DNA of 64,000 nt from contig NC_090378.1 of assembly GCF_036365525.1 (NCBI RefSeq), forward strand, positions 122,993,593-123,057,592, read 5' to 3'. The notes under the pieces were generated by a model that ran no database searches, had not been told where the DNA came from, and was given only the letters and a program-made list of their open reading frames with translations. This DNA is from Heterodontus francisci (lineage: Eukaryota). Shown in pieces: positions 1-16,042 of the stretch. Position 1 is the first letter of the stretch, and the number at the start of each line of letters is the position of its first letter. The translations under genes were made by a program, and so were the position numbers.

Positions 1-3000
1 CACACAGTCCCACCTCCTGTACTGACAGATCTCACAGTTATATAAAATATACAATAATGGACACACAGTCCCACCTCCTGTACTGACACATCCCACAGTT
101 ATATATAATATATAATAATGGATACACAGTCCCACCTCCTGCACCGACACGTCCCACAGTAATATATAATATATAATAATGGATACACATTCCCACCTCC
201 TGTACTGACACATACCACAGTAAAAAATAATATATAATAATGGATACACAGTCCCACCTCCTGCACCGACACATCCCACAGTTATATATAATATATAATA
301 ATGGATACACATTCCCACTTCCTGGACTGACACGTCCCACAGTAAAAAATAATATATAATAATGGATACACAGTCCCACCTCCTGCACCGACACATCCCA
401 CAGTAATATATAAAATATAATAATGGATACACAGTCCCACCTCCTGTACTGACACATCCCTCAGTAATGAATAATATATAATAATGGATACACATTCCCA
501 CTTCCTGTACTGACACGTCCCACACTTATATATAATATATAATAATGGATACACATTCCCAATTCCTGTACTGACACGTCCCACAGTTATATATAATATA
601 TAATAATGGATACACAGTCCCACCTCCTGCACTGACACATCCCACAGTTATATATAATATATAATAATGGATATACATTCCCACTTCCTGCACTGACACG
701 TCCCACAGTTATATATAATATGTAATAATGGATACACATTCCCACTTCCTGTACTGACACGTCCCACAGTTATATATAATATATAATAATGGATACACAT
801 TCCCACCTCCTGAACTGAAACATCCCACAGTATAAAATAATATATGACAATGGACACACATTCCCACTTCCTGTACTGACACATCCCACAGTTATATATA
901 ATATATAATAATGGACACACAGTCCCACCTCCTGTACTGACACAACCCACAGTATATATATAATATATCATAATGGAAACACAGTCCCACCTCCTGAACT
1001 GACACAACCCACAGTTTTATATAATATATAATAATGGACACACAGTCCCACCTCCTGTACTGACACATCTCACAGTTATATAAAATATATAATAATGGAC
1101 ACACAGTCCCACCTCCTGTACTGACACAACCCACAGTTATATATAATATATCATAATGGAAACACAGTCCCACCTCCTGCACTGACACAACCCACAGTTT
1201 TATATAATATATAATAATGGACACACAGTCCCACCTCCTGTACTGACACATCTCACAGTTATATAAAATAGACAATAATGGACACACAGTCCCACCTCCT
1301 GTACTGACACATCTCACAGTTATATATAATATATAATAATGGACACACATTCCCACCTCCTTCACTGACACATCCCACAGTTATATATAATATATAATAA
1401 TGGACACACAGTTCCACCTCCAGTACTGACACGTCCCACAGTTATATATAATATATAATAATGGACACACAGTCCCACCTCCTGTACTGACACATCTCAC
1501 AGTTATATAAAATATACAATAATGGACACACAGTCCCACCTCCTGTACTGACACGTCCCACAGTTATATATAATATATAATAATGGACACACAGTCCCAC
1601 CTCCTGAAGTGACACATCTCACAGTTATATAAAATATACAATAATGGACACACAGTCCCACCTCCTGTACTGACACATCCCACAGTTATATATTATATAT
1701 AATAATGGGCACACATTCCTACCTCCTGCACTGACACATCCCACAGTTATATATAATATATAATAATGGACACACAGTCCCACCTCCTGCACTGACACAT
1801 CCCACAGTTATATATAATATATAATAATGGATACACATTCCCACCTCGTGGACTGACACGTCCCACAGTAAAAAATAATATATAATAATGGACACACAGT
1901 CCCACCTCCTGCACTGGTACATCCCACAGTTATATATAATATATAATAATGGATACACAGTCCCACCTCCTGCACTGACACATCCCACAGTTATATATAA
2001 TATATAATAATGGATACACATTCCCACCTCCTGCACTGACACATCCCACAGTAATATATAAAATATAATAATGGATACACAGTCCCACCTCCTGTACAGA
2101 CACGTCCCACAGTAAAAAATAATATATAATAATGGATACACATTCCCACCTCCTGTACTGACACATCCCACAGTTATATATAATATATAATAATGGTTAC
2201 ACATTCCCACCTCCTGCACCGACACATCCCACAGTTATATATAATATATAATAATGGATACACATTCCCACCTCCTGTACTGACACATCCCACAGTAAAA
2301 AATAATATATAATAATGGATACACAGTCCCACCTCCTGCACTGACACATCCCTCAGTAAAAAATAATATATAATAATGGATACACATTCCCACCTCCTGC
2401 ACCGACACATCCCACAGTTATATATAATATATAATAATGGATACACATTCCCACCTCCTGCACCGACACATCCCACAGTAAAAAATAATATATTATAATG
2501 GACACACATTCCCACCTCCTGCACTGACACATCCCACAGTTATATATAATATATAATTATGGATACACAGTCCCACCTCCTGCACCGACACATCCCACAG
2601 TTATATATAATATATAATAATGGATACACATTCCCACTTCCTGGACTGACACGTCCCACAGTAAAAAATAATATATAATAATGGATACACAGTCCCACCT
2701 CCTGCACCGACACATCGCACAGTAATATATAATATATAATAATGGATACACAGTCCCACCTCCTGCACCGACACATCCCACAGTAATATATAAAATATAA
2801 TAATGGATACACAATCCCACCTCCTGCACTGACACATCCTTCAGTAAAATATAATATGTAATAATGGATACACATTCCCACTTCCTGTACTGACACGTCC
2901 CACAGTTATATATAATATATAATAATGGAGACACATTCCCACTTCCTGTACTGACACGTCCCACAGTTATATATAATATATAATAATGGATACACATTCC

Positions 3001-6000
3001 CAATTCCTGTACTGACACATCCCACAGTTATATATAATATATAATAATGGATACACAGTCCCACCTCCTGCACTGACACATCCCACAGTTATATATAATA
3101 TATAATAATGGATACACATTCCCACTTCCTGTCCTGACACGTCCCACAGTTATATATAATATATAATAATGGATACACATTCCCACTTCCTGTACTGACA
3201 CGTCCCACAGTTATATATAATATATAATAATGGATACACATTCCCAATTCCTGTACTGACACATCCCACAGTTATATATAATATATAATAATGGATACAC
3301 AGTCCCACCTCCTGCACTGACACATCCCACAGTTATATATAATATATAATAATGGATACACATTCCCATATCCTGTACTGAAACATCCCACAGTAAAAAA
3401 TAATATATAATAATGGACACACAGTCCCACCTCCTGCACTGACACATCCCACAGTAAAAAATAATATATAACAATGGACACACATTCCCACTTCCTGTAC
3501 TGACACGTCCCACAGTTATATATAATATATAATAATGGACACACAGTCCCACCTCCTGTACTGACACAACCCACAGTTATATATAATATATCATAATGGA
3601 AACTTAGTCCCACCTCCTGCACTGACACAACCCACAGTTTTATATAATATATAATAATGGACACACAGTCCCACCTCATGTACTGACACATCTCACAGTT
3701 ATATAAAATATATAATAATGGACACACAGTCCCACCTCCTGTACTGACACATCCCACAGTTATATATAATATATCATAATGGAAACACAGTCCCACCTCC
3801 TGCACTGACACAACCCACAGTTTTATATAATATATAATAATGGTCACACAGTCCCACCTCCTGTACTGACACATCTCACAGTTATATATAATATATAATA
3901 ATGGACACACAGTCCCACCTCCTGTACTGACACATCTCACAGTTATATAAAATATACAATAATGGACACACAGTCCCACCTCCTGTACTGACACGTCCCA
4001 CAGTTATATATAATATATAATAATGGACACACAGTCCCACCTCCTGTAGTGACACATCTCACAGTTACATAAAATATACAATAATGGACACACAGTCCCA
4101 CCTCCTGCACTGACACATCCCACAGTTATATATTATATATAATAATGGATACACATTCCCATCTCGTGGACTGACACGTCCCACAGTAAAAAATAATAAA
4201 TAATAATGGATACACAATCCCACCTCCTGCACCGACACATCCCACAGTTATATATAATATATTATAATGGACACACATTCCCACCTCCTGCACCGACACA
4301 TCCCACAGTTATATATAATATATAATAATGGATACACATTCCCACCTCCTGTACAGAAACAACCCACAGTTTTATATAATATATAATAATGGACACACAG
4401 TCCCACCTCCTGTACTGACACATCTCACAGTTATATAAAATATACAATAATGGACACACAGTCCCACCTCCTGTCCTGACAAATCCCACAGTTATATATA
4501 ATATATAATAATGGATACACAGTCCCACCTCCTGCACCGACACGTCCCACAGTAATATATAATATATAATAATGGATACACAGTCCCACCTCCTGTACTG
4601 ACACATCCCTCAGTAAAGAATAATATATAATAATGGATACACATTCCCACTTCCTGTACTGACACGTCCCACACGTATATATAATATATAATAATGGATA
4701 CACATTCCCAATTCCTGTACTGACACGTCCCACTGTTATATATAATATATAATAATGGATACACAGTCCCACCTCCTGCACTGACATATCCCACAGTTAT
4801 ATATAATATGTAATAATGGATATACATTCCCACTTCCTGCACTGACACGTCCCACAGTTATATATAATATGTAATAATGGATACACATTCCCACTTCCTG
4901 TACTGACACGTCCCACAGTTATATATAATATATAATAATGGATACACATTCCCACCTCCTGAACTGAAACATCCCACAGTATAAAATAATATATGACAAT
5001 GGACACACATTCCCACTTCCTGTACTGACACATCCCAAAGTTATATATAATATATAATAATGGACACACAGTCCCACCTCCTGTACTGACACAACCCACA
5101 GTTATATATAATATATCATAATGGAAACACAGTCCCACCTCCTGAACTGACACAACCCACAGTTTTATATAATATATAATAATGGACACACAGTCCCACC
5201 TCCTGTACTGACACATCTCACAGTTATATAAAATATATAATAATGGACACACAGTCCCACCTCCTGTACTGACACAACCCACAATTATATATAATATATC
5301 ATAATGGAAACACAGTCCCACCTCCTGCACTGACACAACCCACAGTTTTATATAATATATAATAATGGACACACAGTCCCACCTCCTGTACTGACACATC
5401 TCACAGTTATATAAAATAGACAATAATGGACACACAGTCCCACCTCCTGTACTGACACATCCCACAGTTATATATAATATATAATAATGGGCACACATTC
5501 CCACCTCCTTCACTGACACATCCCACAGTTATATATAATATATAATAATGGATACACAGTCCCACCTCCTGCACTGACACATCCCACAGTTATATATAAT
5601 ATATAATAATGGATACACAGTCCCACCTCCTGCACTGACACATCCCACAGTTATATATAATATATATTAATGGACACACAGTTCCACCTCCTGTACTGAC
5701 ACGTCCCACAGTTATATATAATATATAATAATGGACACACAGTCCCACCTCCTGTAGTGACACATCTCACAGTTATATAAAATATACAATAATGGACACA
5801 CAGTCCCACCTCCTGTACTGACACGTCCCACAGTTATATATAATATATAATAATGGACACACAGTCCCACCTCCTGTAGTGACACATCTCACAGTTATAT
5901 AAAATATACAATAATGGACACACAGTCCCACCTCCTGTACTGACACATCCCACAGTTATATATTATATATAATAATGGGCAGACATTCCTACCTCCTGCA

Positions 6001-9000
6001 CTGACACATCCCACAGTTATATATAATATATAATAATGGACACACAGTCCCACCTCCTGCACTGACACATCCCACAGTTATATATAATATATAATAATGG
6101 ATACACATTCCCACCTCGTGGACTGACACGTCCCACAGTAAAAAATAATATATAATAATGGACACACAGTCCCACCTCCTGCACTGGTACATCCCACAGT
6201 TATATATAATATATAATAATGGATACACAGTCCCACCTCCTGTACAGACACGTCCCACAGTAAAAAATAATATATAATAATGGATACACCTTCCCACCTC
6301 CTGTACTGACACATCCCACAGTTATATATAATATATAATAATGGTTACACATTCCCAACTCCTGCACCGACACATCCCACAGTTATATATAATATATAAT
6401 AATGGATACACATTCCCACCTCCTGCACTGACACATCCCACAGTTATATATAATATATAATAATGGATACACAGTCCCACCTCCTGCACCGACACATCCC
6501 ACAGTTATATATAATATATAATAATGGATACACATTCCCACTTCCTGGACTGACACGTCCCACAGTTATATATAATATATAATAATGGATACACATTCCC
6601 ACTTCCAGTACTGACACGTCCCACAGTAAAAAATAATATATAATAATGGATACACAGTCCCACCTCCTGCACCGACACATCCCACAGTAATATATAAAAT
6701 ATAATAATGGATACACAATCCCACCTCCTGCACTGACACATCCTTCAGTAAAAAATAATATATTATAATGGACACACAGTCCCACCTCCTGCACCGACAC
6801 ATCCCCCAGTAATATATAAAATATAATAATGGATACACATTCCCACCTCCTGCACTGACACATCCCACAGTTATATATAATATGTAATAATGGATACACA
6901 TTCCCACTTCCTGTACTGACACGTCCCACAGTTATATATAATATATAAAAATGGAGACACATTCCCACTTCCTGTACTGACACGTCCCACAGTTATATAT
7001 AATATATAATAATGGATACACATTCCCAATTCCTGTACTGACACATCCCACAGTTATATATAATATATAATAATGGATACACAGTCCCACCTCCTGCACT
7101 GACACATCCCACAGTTATATATAATATATAATAATGGAAACACATTCCCACTTCCTGTCCTGACACGTCCCACAGTTATATATAATATATAATAATGGAT
7201 ACACAGTCCCACCTCCTGCACTGACACATCCCACAGTTATATATAATATATATTAATGGACACACAGTTCCACCTCCTGTACTGACACGTCCCACAGTTA
7301 TATATAATATATAATAATGGACACACAGTCCCACCTCCTGTAGTGACACATCTCACAGTTATATAAAATATACAATAATGGACACACAGTCCCACCTCCT
7401 GTACTGACACGTCCCACAGTTATATATAATATATAATAATGGACACACAGTCCCACCTCCTGTAGTGACACATCTCACAGTTATATAAAATATACAATAA
7501 TGGACACACAGTCCCACCTCCTGTACTGACACATCCCACAGTTATATATTATATATAATAATGGGCAGACATTCCTACCTCCTGCACTGACACATCCCAC
7601 AGTTATATATAATATATAATAATGGACACACAGTCCCACCTCCTGCACTGACACATCCCACAGTTATATATAATATATAATAATGGATACACATTCCCAC
7701 CTCGTGGACTGACACGTCCCACAGTAAAAAATAATATATAATAATGGACACACAGTCCCACCTCCTGCACTGGTACATCCCACAGTTATATATAATATAT
7801 AATAATGGATACACAGTCCCACCTCCTGTACAGACACGTCCCACAGTAAAAAATAATATATAATAATGGATACACCTTCCCACCTCCTGTACTGACACAT
7901 CCCACAGTTATATATAATATATAATAATGGTTACACATTCCCAACTCCTGCACCGACACATCCCACAGTTATATATAATATATAATAATGGATACACATT
8001 CCCACCTCCTGCACTGACACATCCCACAGTTATATATAATATATAATAATGGATACACAGTCCCACCTCCTGCACCGACACATCCCACAGTTATATATAA
8101 TATATAATAATGGATACACATTCCCACTTCCTGGACTGACACGTCCCACAGTTATATATAATATATAATAATGGATACACATTCCCACTTCCAGTACTGA
8201 CACGTCCCACAGTAAAAAATAATATATAATAATGGATACACAGTCCCACCTCCTGCACCGACACATCCCACAGTTATATATAATATATAATAATGGATAC
8301 ACATTCCCACTTCCTGGACTGACACGTCCCACAGTAAAAAATAATATATAATAATGGATACACAGTCCCACCTCCTGCACCGACACATCCCACAGTAATA
8401 TATAAAATATAATAATGGATACACAATCCCACCTCCTGCACTGACACATCCTTCAGTAAAAAATAATATATTATAATGGACACACAGTCCCACCTCCTGC
8501 ACCGACACATCCCCCAGTAATATATAAAATATAATAATGGATACACATTCCCACCTCCTGCACTGACACATCCCACAGTTATATATAATATGTAATAATG
8601 GATACACATTCCCACTTCCTGTACTGACACGTCCCACAGTTATATATAATATATAAAAATGGAGACACATTCCCACTTCCTGTACTGACACGTCCCACAG
8701 TTATATATAATATATAATAATGGAAACACATTCCCAATTCCTGTACTGACACATCCCACAGTTATATATAATATATAATAATGGATACACAGTCCCACCT
8801 CCTGCACTGACACATCCCACAGTTATATATAATATATAATAATGGAAACACATTCCCACTTCCTGTCCTGACACGTCCCACAGTTATATATAATATATAA
8901 TAATGGATACACATTCCCACCTCCTGTACTGAAACATCCCACAGTAAAAAATAATATATAATAATGGACACACAGTCCCACCTCCTGCACTGACACATGC

Positions 9001-12000
9001 CACAGTAAAAAATAATATATAACAATGGACACACATTCCCACTTCCTGTACTGACACGTCCCACAGTTATATATAATATATAATAATGGACACACAGTCC
9101 CACCTCCTGTACTGACACAACCCACAGTTATATATAATATATCATAATGGAAACTTAGTCCCACCTCCTGCACTGACACATCCCACAGTTATATATAATA
9201 TATAATAATGGATACACAGTCCCACCTCCTGCACTGACACATCCCACAGTTATATATAATATATAATAATGGATACAAATTCCCATCTCGTGGACTGACA
9301 CGTCCCACAGTTTTATATAATATATAATAATGGGCACACATTCCCACCTCCTGCACTGACACATCCCACAGTTATATATAATATATAATAATGGACACAC
9401 AGTCCCACCTCCTGCACTGACACATCCCACAGTTATATATAATATATAATAATGGATACAAATTCCCATCTCGTGGACTGACACGTCCCACAGTAAAAAA
9501 TAATATATAATAATGGATACACAATCCCACCTCCTGCACCGACACATCCCACAGTTATATATAATATACAATAATGGATACACAGTCCCACCTCCTGCAC
9601 CGACACATCCCACAGTAAAAAATAATATATTATAATGGACACACATTCCCACCTCCTGCACCGACACATCCCACAGTTATATATAATATATAATAATGGA
9701 TACACATTCCCACCTCCTGTACTGACACATCCCACAGTAAAAAATAATATATAATAATGGATACACAGTCCCACCTCCTGCACTGACACATCCCTCAGTA
9801 AAAAATAATATATAATAATGGATACACAATCCCACCTCCTGCACCGACACATCCCACAGTTATATATAATATATAATAATGGATACACATTCCCACCTGC
9901 TGCACCGACACATCCCACAGTAAAAAATAATATATTATAATGGACACACATTCCCACCTCCTGCACTGACACATCCCACAGTTATATATAATATATAATA
10001 ATGGATACACAGTCCCACATCCTGCACCGACACATCCCACAGTTATATATAATATATAATAATGGATACACATTCCCACTTCCTGGACTGACACGTCCCA
10101 CAGTAAAAAATAACATATAATAATGGATACACAGTCCCACCTCCTGCACCGACACATCCCACAGTAATACATAATATATAATAATGGATACACATTCCCA
10201 CCTCCTGTACTGACAAATCCCACAGTAAAAAATAATATATAATAATGGACACACAGTCCCACCTCCTGTACTGACACATCCCTCAGTAAAAAATAATATA
10301 TTATAATGGACACACATTCCCACCTCCTGCACTGACACATCCCACAGTTATATATAATATGTAATAATGGATACACATTCCCACTTCCTGTACTGACACG
10401 TCCCACAGTTATATATAATATATAATAATGGATACACATTCCCACTTCCTGTACTGACACGTCCCGCAGTTATATATAATATATAATAATGGATACACAT
10501 TCCCAATTCCTGTACTGACACATCCCACAGTTATATATAATATATAATAATGGATACACAGTCTCACCTCCTGCACTGACACATCCCACAGTTATATATA
10601 ATATATAATAATGGATACACATTCCCACTTCCTGTACTGACACGTCCCACAGTTATATATAATATATAATAATGGATACACAGTCCCACCTCCTGCACTG
10701 ACACATCCCACAGTAAAAAATAATATATAACAATGGACACACAGTCCCACCTCCTGTACTGAAACATCCCACAGTAAAAAATAATATATAATAATGGACA
10801 CACAGTCCCACCTCCTGCACTGACACATCCCACAGTAACAAATAATATATAACAATGGACACACATTCCCACCTCCTGTACTGAAACATCCCACAGTAAA
10901 AAATAATATATAATAATGGACACACAGTCCCACCTCCTGCACTGACACATCCCACAGTAAAAAATAATATATAATAATGGACACACAGTCCCACCTCCTG
11001 CACTGACACATCCCACAGTAAAAAATAATATATAATAATGGACACACAGTCCAACCTCCTGTACTGACACAACCCACAGTTATATATAATATATAATAAT
11101 GGACACACAGTCCAACCTCCTGTACTGACACAACCCACAGTTATATATAATATATAATAATGGACACACAGTCCCACCTCCTGTACTGACACATCTCACA
11201 GTTATATAAAATATATAATAATGGACACACAGTCCCACCTCCTGTACTGACACAACCCACAATTATATATAATATATCATAATGGAAACACAGTCCCACC
11301 TACTGTAGTGACACATCTCACAGTTATATAAAATATACAACAATGGACACACAGTCCCACCTCCTGTACTGACACATCCCACAGTTATATATAATATATA
11401 ATAATGGACACACAGTCCAACCTCCTGTACTGACACAACCCACAGTTATATATAATATATAATAATGGACACACAGTCCCACCTCCTGTACTGACACATC
11501 TCACAGTTATATAAAATATATAATAATGGACACACAGTCCCACCTCCTGTACTGACACAACCCACAATTATATATAATATATAATAATGGACACACAGTC
11601 CAACCTCCTGTACTGACACAACCCACAGTTATATATAATATATAATAATGGACACACAGTCCCACCTCCTGTACTGACACAACCCACAATTATATATAAT
11701 ATATCATAATGGAAACACAGTCCCACCTACTGTAGTGACACATCTCACAGTTATATAAAATATACAACAATGGACACACAGTCCCACCTCCTGTACTGAC
11801 ACATCCCACAGTTATATATAATATATAATAATGGGCACACATTCCCACCTCCTGCACTGACACATCCCACAGTTATATATAATATATAATAATGGACACA
11901 CAGTCCCACCTCCTGCACTGACACATCCCACAGTTATATATAATATATAATAATGGATACACATTCCCACCTCGTGGACTGACACGTCCCACAGTAAAAA

Positions 12001-15000
12001 ATAATATGTAATAATGGACACACAGTCCCACCATGTGCACTGGTACATCCCACAGTTATATATAATATATAATAATGGATACACATTCCTACCTCCTGTA
12101 CTGACACATCCCACAGTAAAAAATAATATATAATAATGGATACACAGTCCCACCTCCTGCACTGACACATCCCACAGTAATATATAAAATATAATAATGG
12201 ATACACAATCCCACCTCCTGTACTGACACATCCCTCAGTAAAAAATAATATATTATAATGGATACACAGTCCCACCTCCTGTACAGACACGTCCCACAGT
12301 AAAAAATAATATATAATAATGGATACACATTCCCACCTCCTGTACTGACACATCCCACAGTAAAAAATAATATATAATAATGGATACACATTCCCACCTC
12401 CTGCACCGACACATCCCACAGTTATATATAATATATAATAATGGATACACATTCCCACCTCCTGCACCGACACATCCCACAGTTATATATAATATATAAT
12501 AATGGATACACATTCCCACTTCCTGTACTGACACGTCCCACAGTTATATATAATATGTAATAATGGATACACATTCCCACTTCCTGGACTGACACGTCCC
12601 ACAGTTATATATAATATATAATAATGGATACACATTCCCACCTCCTGTACTGAAACATCCAACAGTAAAAAATAATATATAATAATGGACACACAGTCCC
12701 ACCTCCTGCACTGACACATCCCACAGTAAAAAATAATATATAATAATGGACACACAGTCCCACCTCCTGCACTGACACATCCCACAGTAAAAAATAATAT
12801 ATAATAATGGACACACAGTCCAACCTCCTGTACTGACACAACCCACAGTTATATATAATATATCATAATGGAAACTTAGTCCCACCTCCTGCACTGACAC
12901 AACCCACAGTTTGATATAATATATAATAATGGACACACAGTCCCACCTCCTGTACTGACACATCTCACAGTTATATAAAATATATAATAATGGACACACA
13001 GTCCCACCTCCTGTACTGACACAACCCACAACTATATATAATATATCATAATGGAAACACAGTCCCACCTACTGTAGTGACACATCTCACAGTTATATAA
13101 AATATACAACAATGGACACACAGTCCCACCTCCTGTACTGACACATCCCACAGTTATATATAATATATAATAATGGACACACAGTCCCACCTCCTGTACT
13201 GACACATCCCACAGTTATATATGATATATAATAATGGGCACACATTCCCACCTCCTGCACTGACACATCCCACAGTTATATATAATATATAATAATGGAC
13301 ACACAGTCCCACCTCCTGCACTGACACATCCCACACTTATATATAATATATAATAATGGATACACATTCCCACCTCGTGGACTGACACGTCCCACAGTAA
13401 AAAATAATATGTAATAATGGACACACAGTCCCACCATGTGCACTGGTACATCCCACAGTTATATATAATATATAATAATGGATACACATTCCTACCTCCT
13501 GTACTGACACATCCCACAGTAAAAAATAATATATAATAATGGATACACAGTCCCACCTCCTGCACTGACACATCCCACAGTAATATATAAATTATAATAA
13601 TGGATACACAGTCCCACCTCCTGTACAGACACGTCCCACAGGAAAAAATATTATATAATAATGGATACACATTCCCACCTCCTGTACTGACACATCCCAC
13701 AGTAAAAAATAATATATAATAATGGATACACATTCCCACCTCCTGCACCCACACATCCCACAGTTATATATAATATATAATAATGGATACACATTCCCAC
13801 CTCCTGCACCGACACATCCCACAGTTATATATAATATATAATAATGGATACACATTCCCACCTCCTGTACTGCCACATCCCACAGTAAAAAATAATATAT
13901 AATAATGGATACACAGTCCCACCTCCTGCACTGACACATCCCTCAGTAAAAAATAATATAGAATAATGGATACACAATCCCACTTCCTGCACCGACACGT
14001 CCCACAGTTATATATAATATATAATAATGGACGCACAATCCCACCTCCTGCACTGGTACATCCCACAGTTATATATAATATCTATTAATGTATACACATT
14101 CCCACCTCCTGTACTGACATATCCCACAGTAAAAAATAATATATAATAATGGATGCACAGTCCCACCTCCTGCACCGACACATCCCACAGTTATATATAA
14201 TATATAATAATGGATACACATTCCCACCTCCTGCACTGACACATCCCACAGTAAAAAATAATATATAATAATGGACACACAGTCCCACCTCCTGCACCGA
14301 CACATCCCACAGTTATATATAATATATAATAATGGATACACATTCCCACTTCCTGGACTGACACGTCCCACAGTAAAAAATAATATATAATAATGGATAC
14401 ACAGTCCCACCTCCTGCACCGACACATCCCACAGTAATATATAATATATAATAATGGATACACATTCCCACCTCCTGTACTGACACATCCCACGGTAAAA
14501 AATAATATATAATAATGGATACACAGTCCCACCTCCTGCACCTACACATCCCACAGTAATATATAAAATATAATAATGGATACACAATCCCACCTCCTGT
14601 ACTGACACATCCCTCAGTAAAAAATAATATATTATAATGGACACACAGTCCCACCTCCTGCACTGACACATCCCACAGTTATATATAACATATAATAATG
14701 GATACACATTCCCACCTCCTGCACTGACACATCCCACAGTAATATATAAAATATAATAATGGATACACAGTCCCACCTCCTGCACTGACACATCCCACAG
14801 TTATATATAATATGTAATAATGGATACACATTCCCACTTCCTGTACTGACACGTCCGACAGTTATATATAATATATAATAATGGACACACAGTCCCACCT
14901 CCTGCACTGACACATCCCACAGTTATATATAATATGTAATAATGGATACACATTCCCACTTCCTGTATTGACACGTCCCACAGTTATATATAATATATAA

Positions 15001-15128
15001 TAATGGATACACATTCCCACTTCCTGTCCTGACACGTCCCACAGTTATATATAATATGTAATAATGGATACACATTCCCACTTCCTGTACTGACACGTCC
15101 CACAGTTATATATAATATATAATAATGG
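1..15128. repeat. 61-bp tandem satellite, left (variant-rich) domain
   Basis: Continuous 61-bp periodicity. Many recurrent variants: ACACAGTCCC vs ACACATTCCC, CAGTAAAAAATAAT vs CAGTTATATATAAT, CTGCACCGAC, ACACAACCC, ACATCTCAC, CTCGTGGACT. The array runs off the left edge of the window. Confidence 0.99.
15119..15128 (+). repeat. Target-site duplication of LINE copy 1, left copy (ATAATAATGG)
   Basis: ATAATAATGG immediately precedes the non-satellite sequence and recurs at 16075-16084 right after the tail. A normal monomer has it once. Confidence 0.9.
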
Positions 15129-15997
15129 CCTGCAATGAATTTGGCCTAACCATCAGCCTCAAGAAAACGAACATCATGGGGCAGGATGTCAGAAATGCTC
15201 CATCCATCAATATTGGCGACCACGCTCTGGAAGTGGTTCAAGAGTTCACCTACCTAGGCTCAACTATCACCAGTAACCTGTCTCTAGATGCAGAAATCAA
15301 CAAGCGCATGGGTAAGGCTTCCACTGCTATGTTCAGACTGGCCAAGAGAGTGTGGGAAAATGGCGCACTGACACGGAACACAAAAGTCCGAGTGTATCAG
15401 GCCTGTGTCCTCAGTACCTTGCTCTACGGCAGCGAGGCCTGGACAACGTATGCCAGCCAAGAGCGACGTCTCAATTCATTCCATCTTCGCTGCCTTCGGA
15501 GAATACTTGGCATCAGGTGGCAGGACTATATCTCCAACACAGAAGTCCTTGAAGCGGCCAACATCCCCAGCTTATACACACTACTGAGTCAGCGGCGCTT
15601 GAGATGGCTTGGCCATGTGAGCCGCATGGAAGATGGCAGGATCCCCAAAGACACATTGTACAGCGAGCTCGCCACTGGTATCAGACCCACCGGCCGTCCA
15701 TGTCTCCGTTATAAAGACGTCTGCAAACGCGACATGAAATCGTGTGACATTGATCACAAGTCGTGGGAGTCAGTTGCCAGCATTCGCCAGAGCTGGCGGG
15801 CAGCCATAAAGACAGGGCTAAATTGTGGCGAGTCGAAGAGACTTAGTAGTTGGCAGGAAAAAAGACAGAGGCGCAAGGGGAGAGCCAACTGTGCAACAGC
15901 CCCAACAAACAAATTTCTCTGCAGCACCTGTGGAAGAGCCTGTCACTCCAGAATTGGCCTTTATAGCCACTCCAGGCGCTGCTTCACAAACCACTGA
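15125..15997 (+). pseudogene. Truncated LINE ORF (290 aa): distal RT domains, thumb and C-terminal C2HC zinc finger; no endonuclease and no YADD motif
   Basis: Uninterrupted ORF starting downstream of where the catalytic YADD is expected and ending FLCSTCGRACHSRIGLYSHSRRC (CX2CX12HX3C). The ATG at 15125 comes from the satellite/TSD, not the element. Confidence 0.9.
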
Positions 15998-16014
15998 CCA
16001 CCTCCAGGCGCGTA

Positions 16015-16037
16015 TCCATTGTCTCTCGAGATAAGGA
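16015..16037 (+). other. Predicted 3' UTR stem-loop of LINE copy 1
   Basis: TCC-A-TTGTCT-CTCG-AGATAA-GGA: 9-bp stem with one G-U pair, a bulged A and a CUCG loop, 5 nt before the tail. Folded by eye. Confidence 0.6.
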
Positions 16038-16042
16038 GGCCC

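Noticed and set aside
15125-15997. Functional reverse transcriptase or domesticated zinc-finger gene
   Set aside because: It lacks the endonuclease and YADD motif, has a TSD and tail, and is 99.5% identical to another truncated copy, which fits a recent dead-on-arrival insertion.
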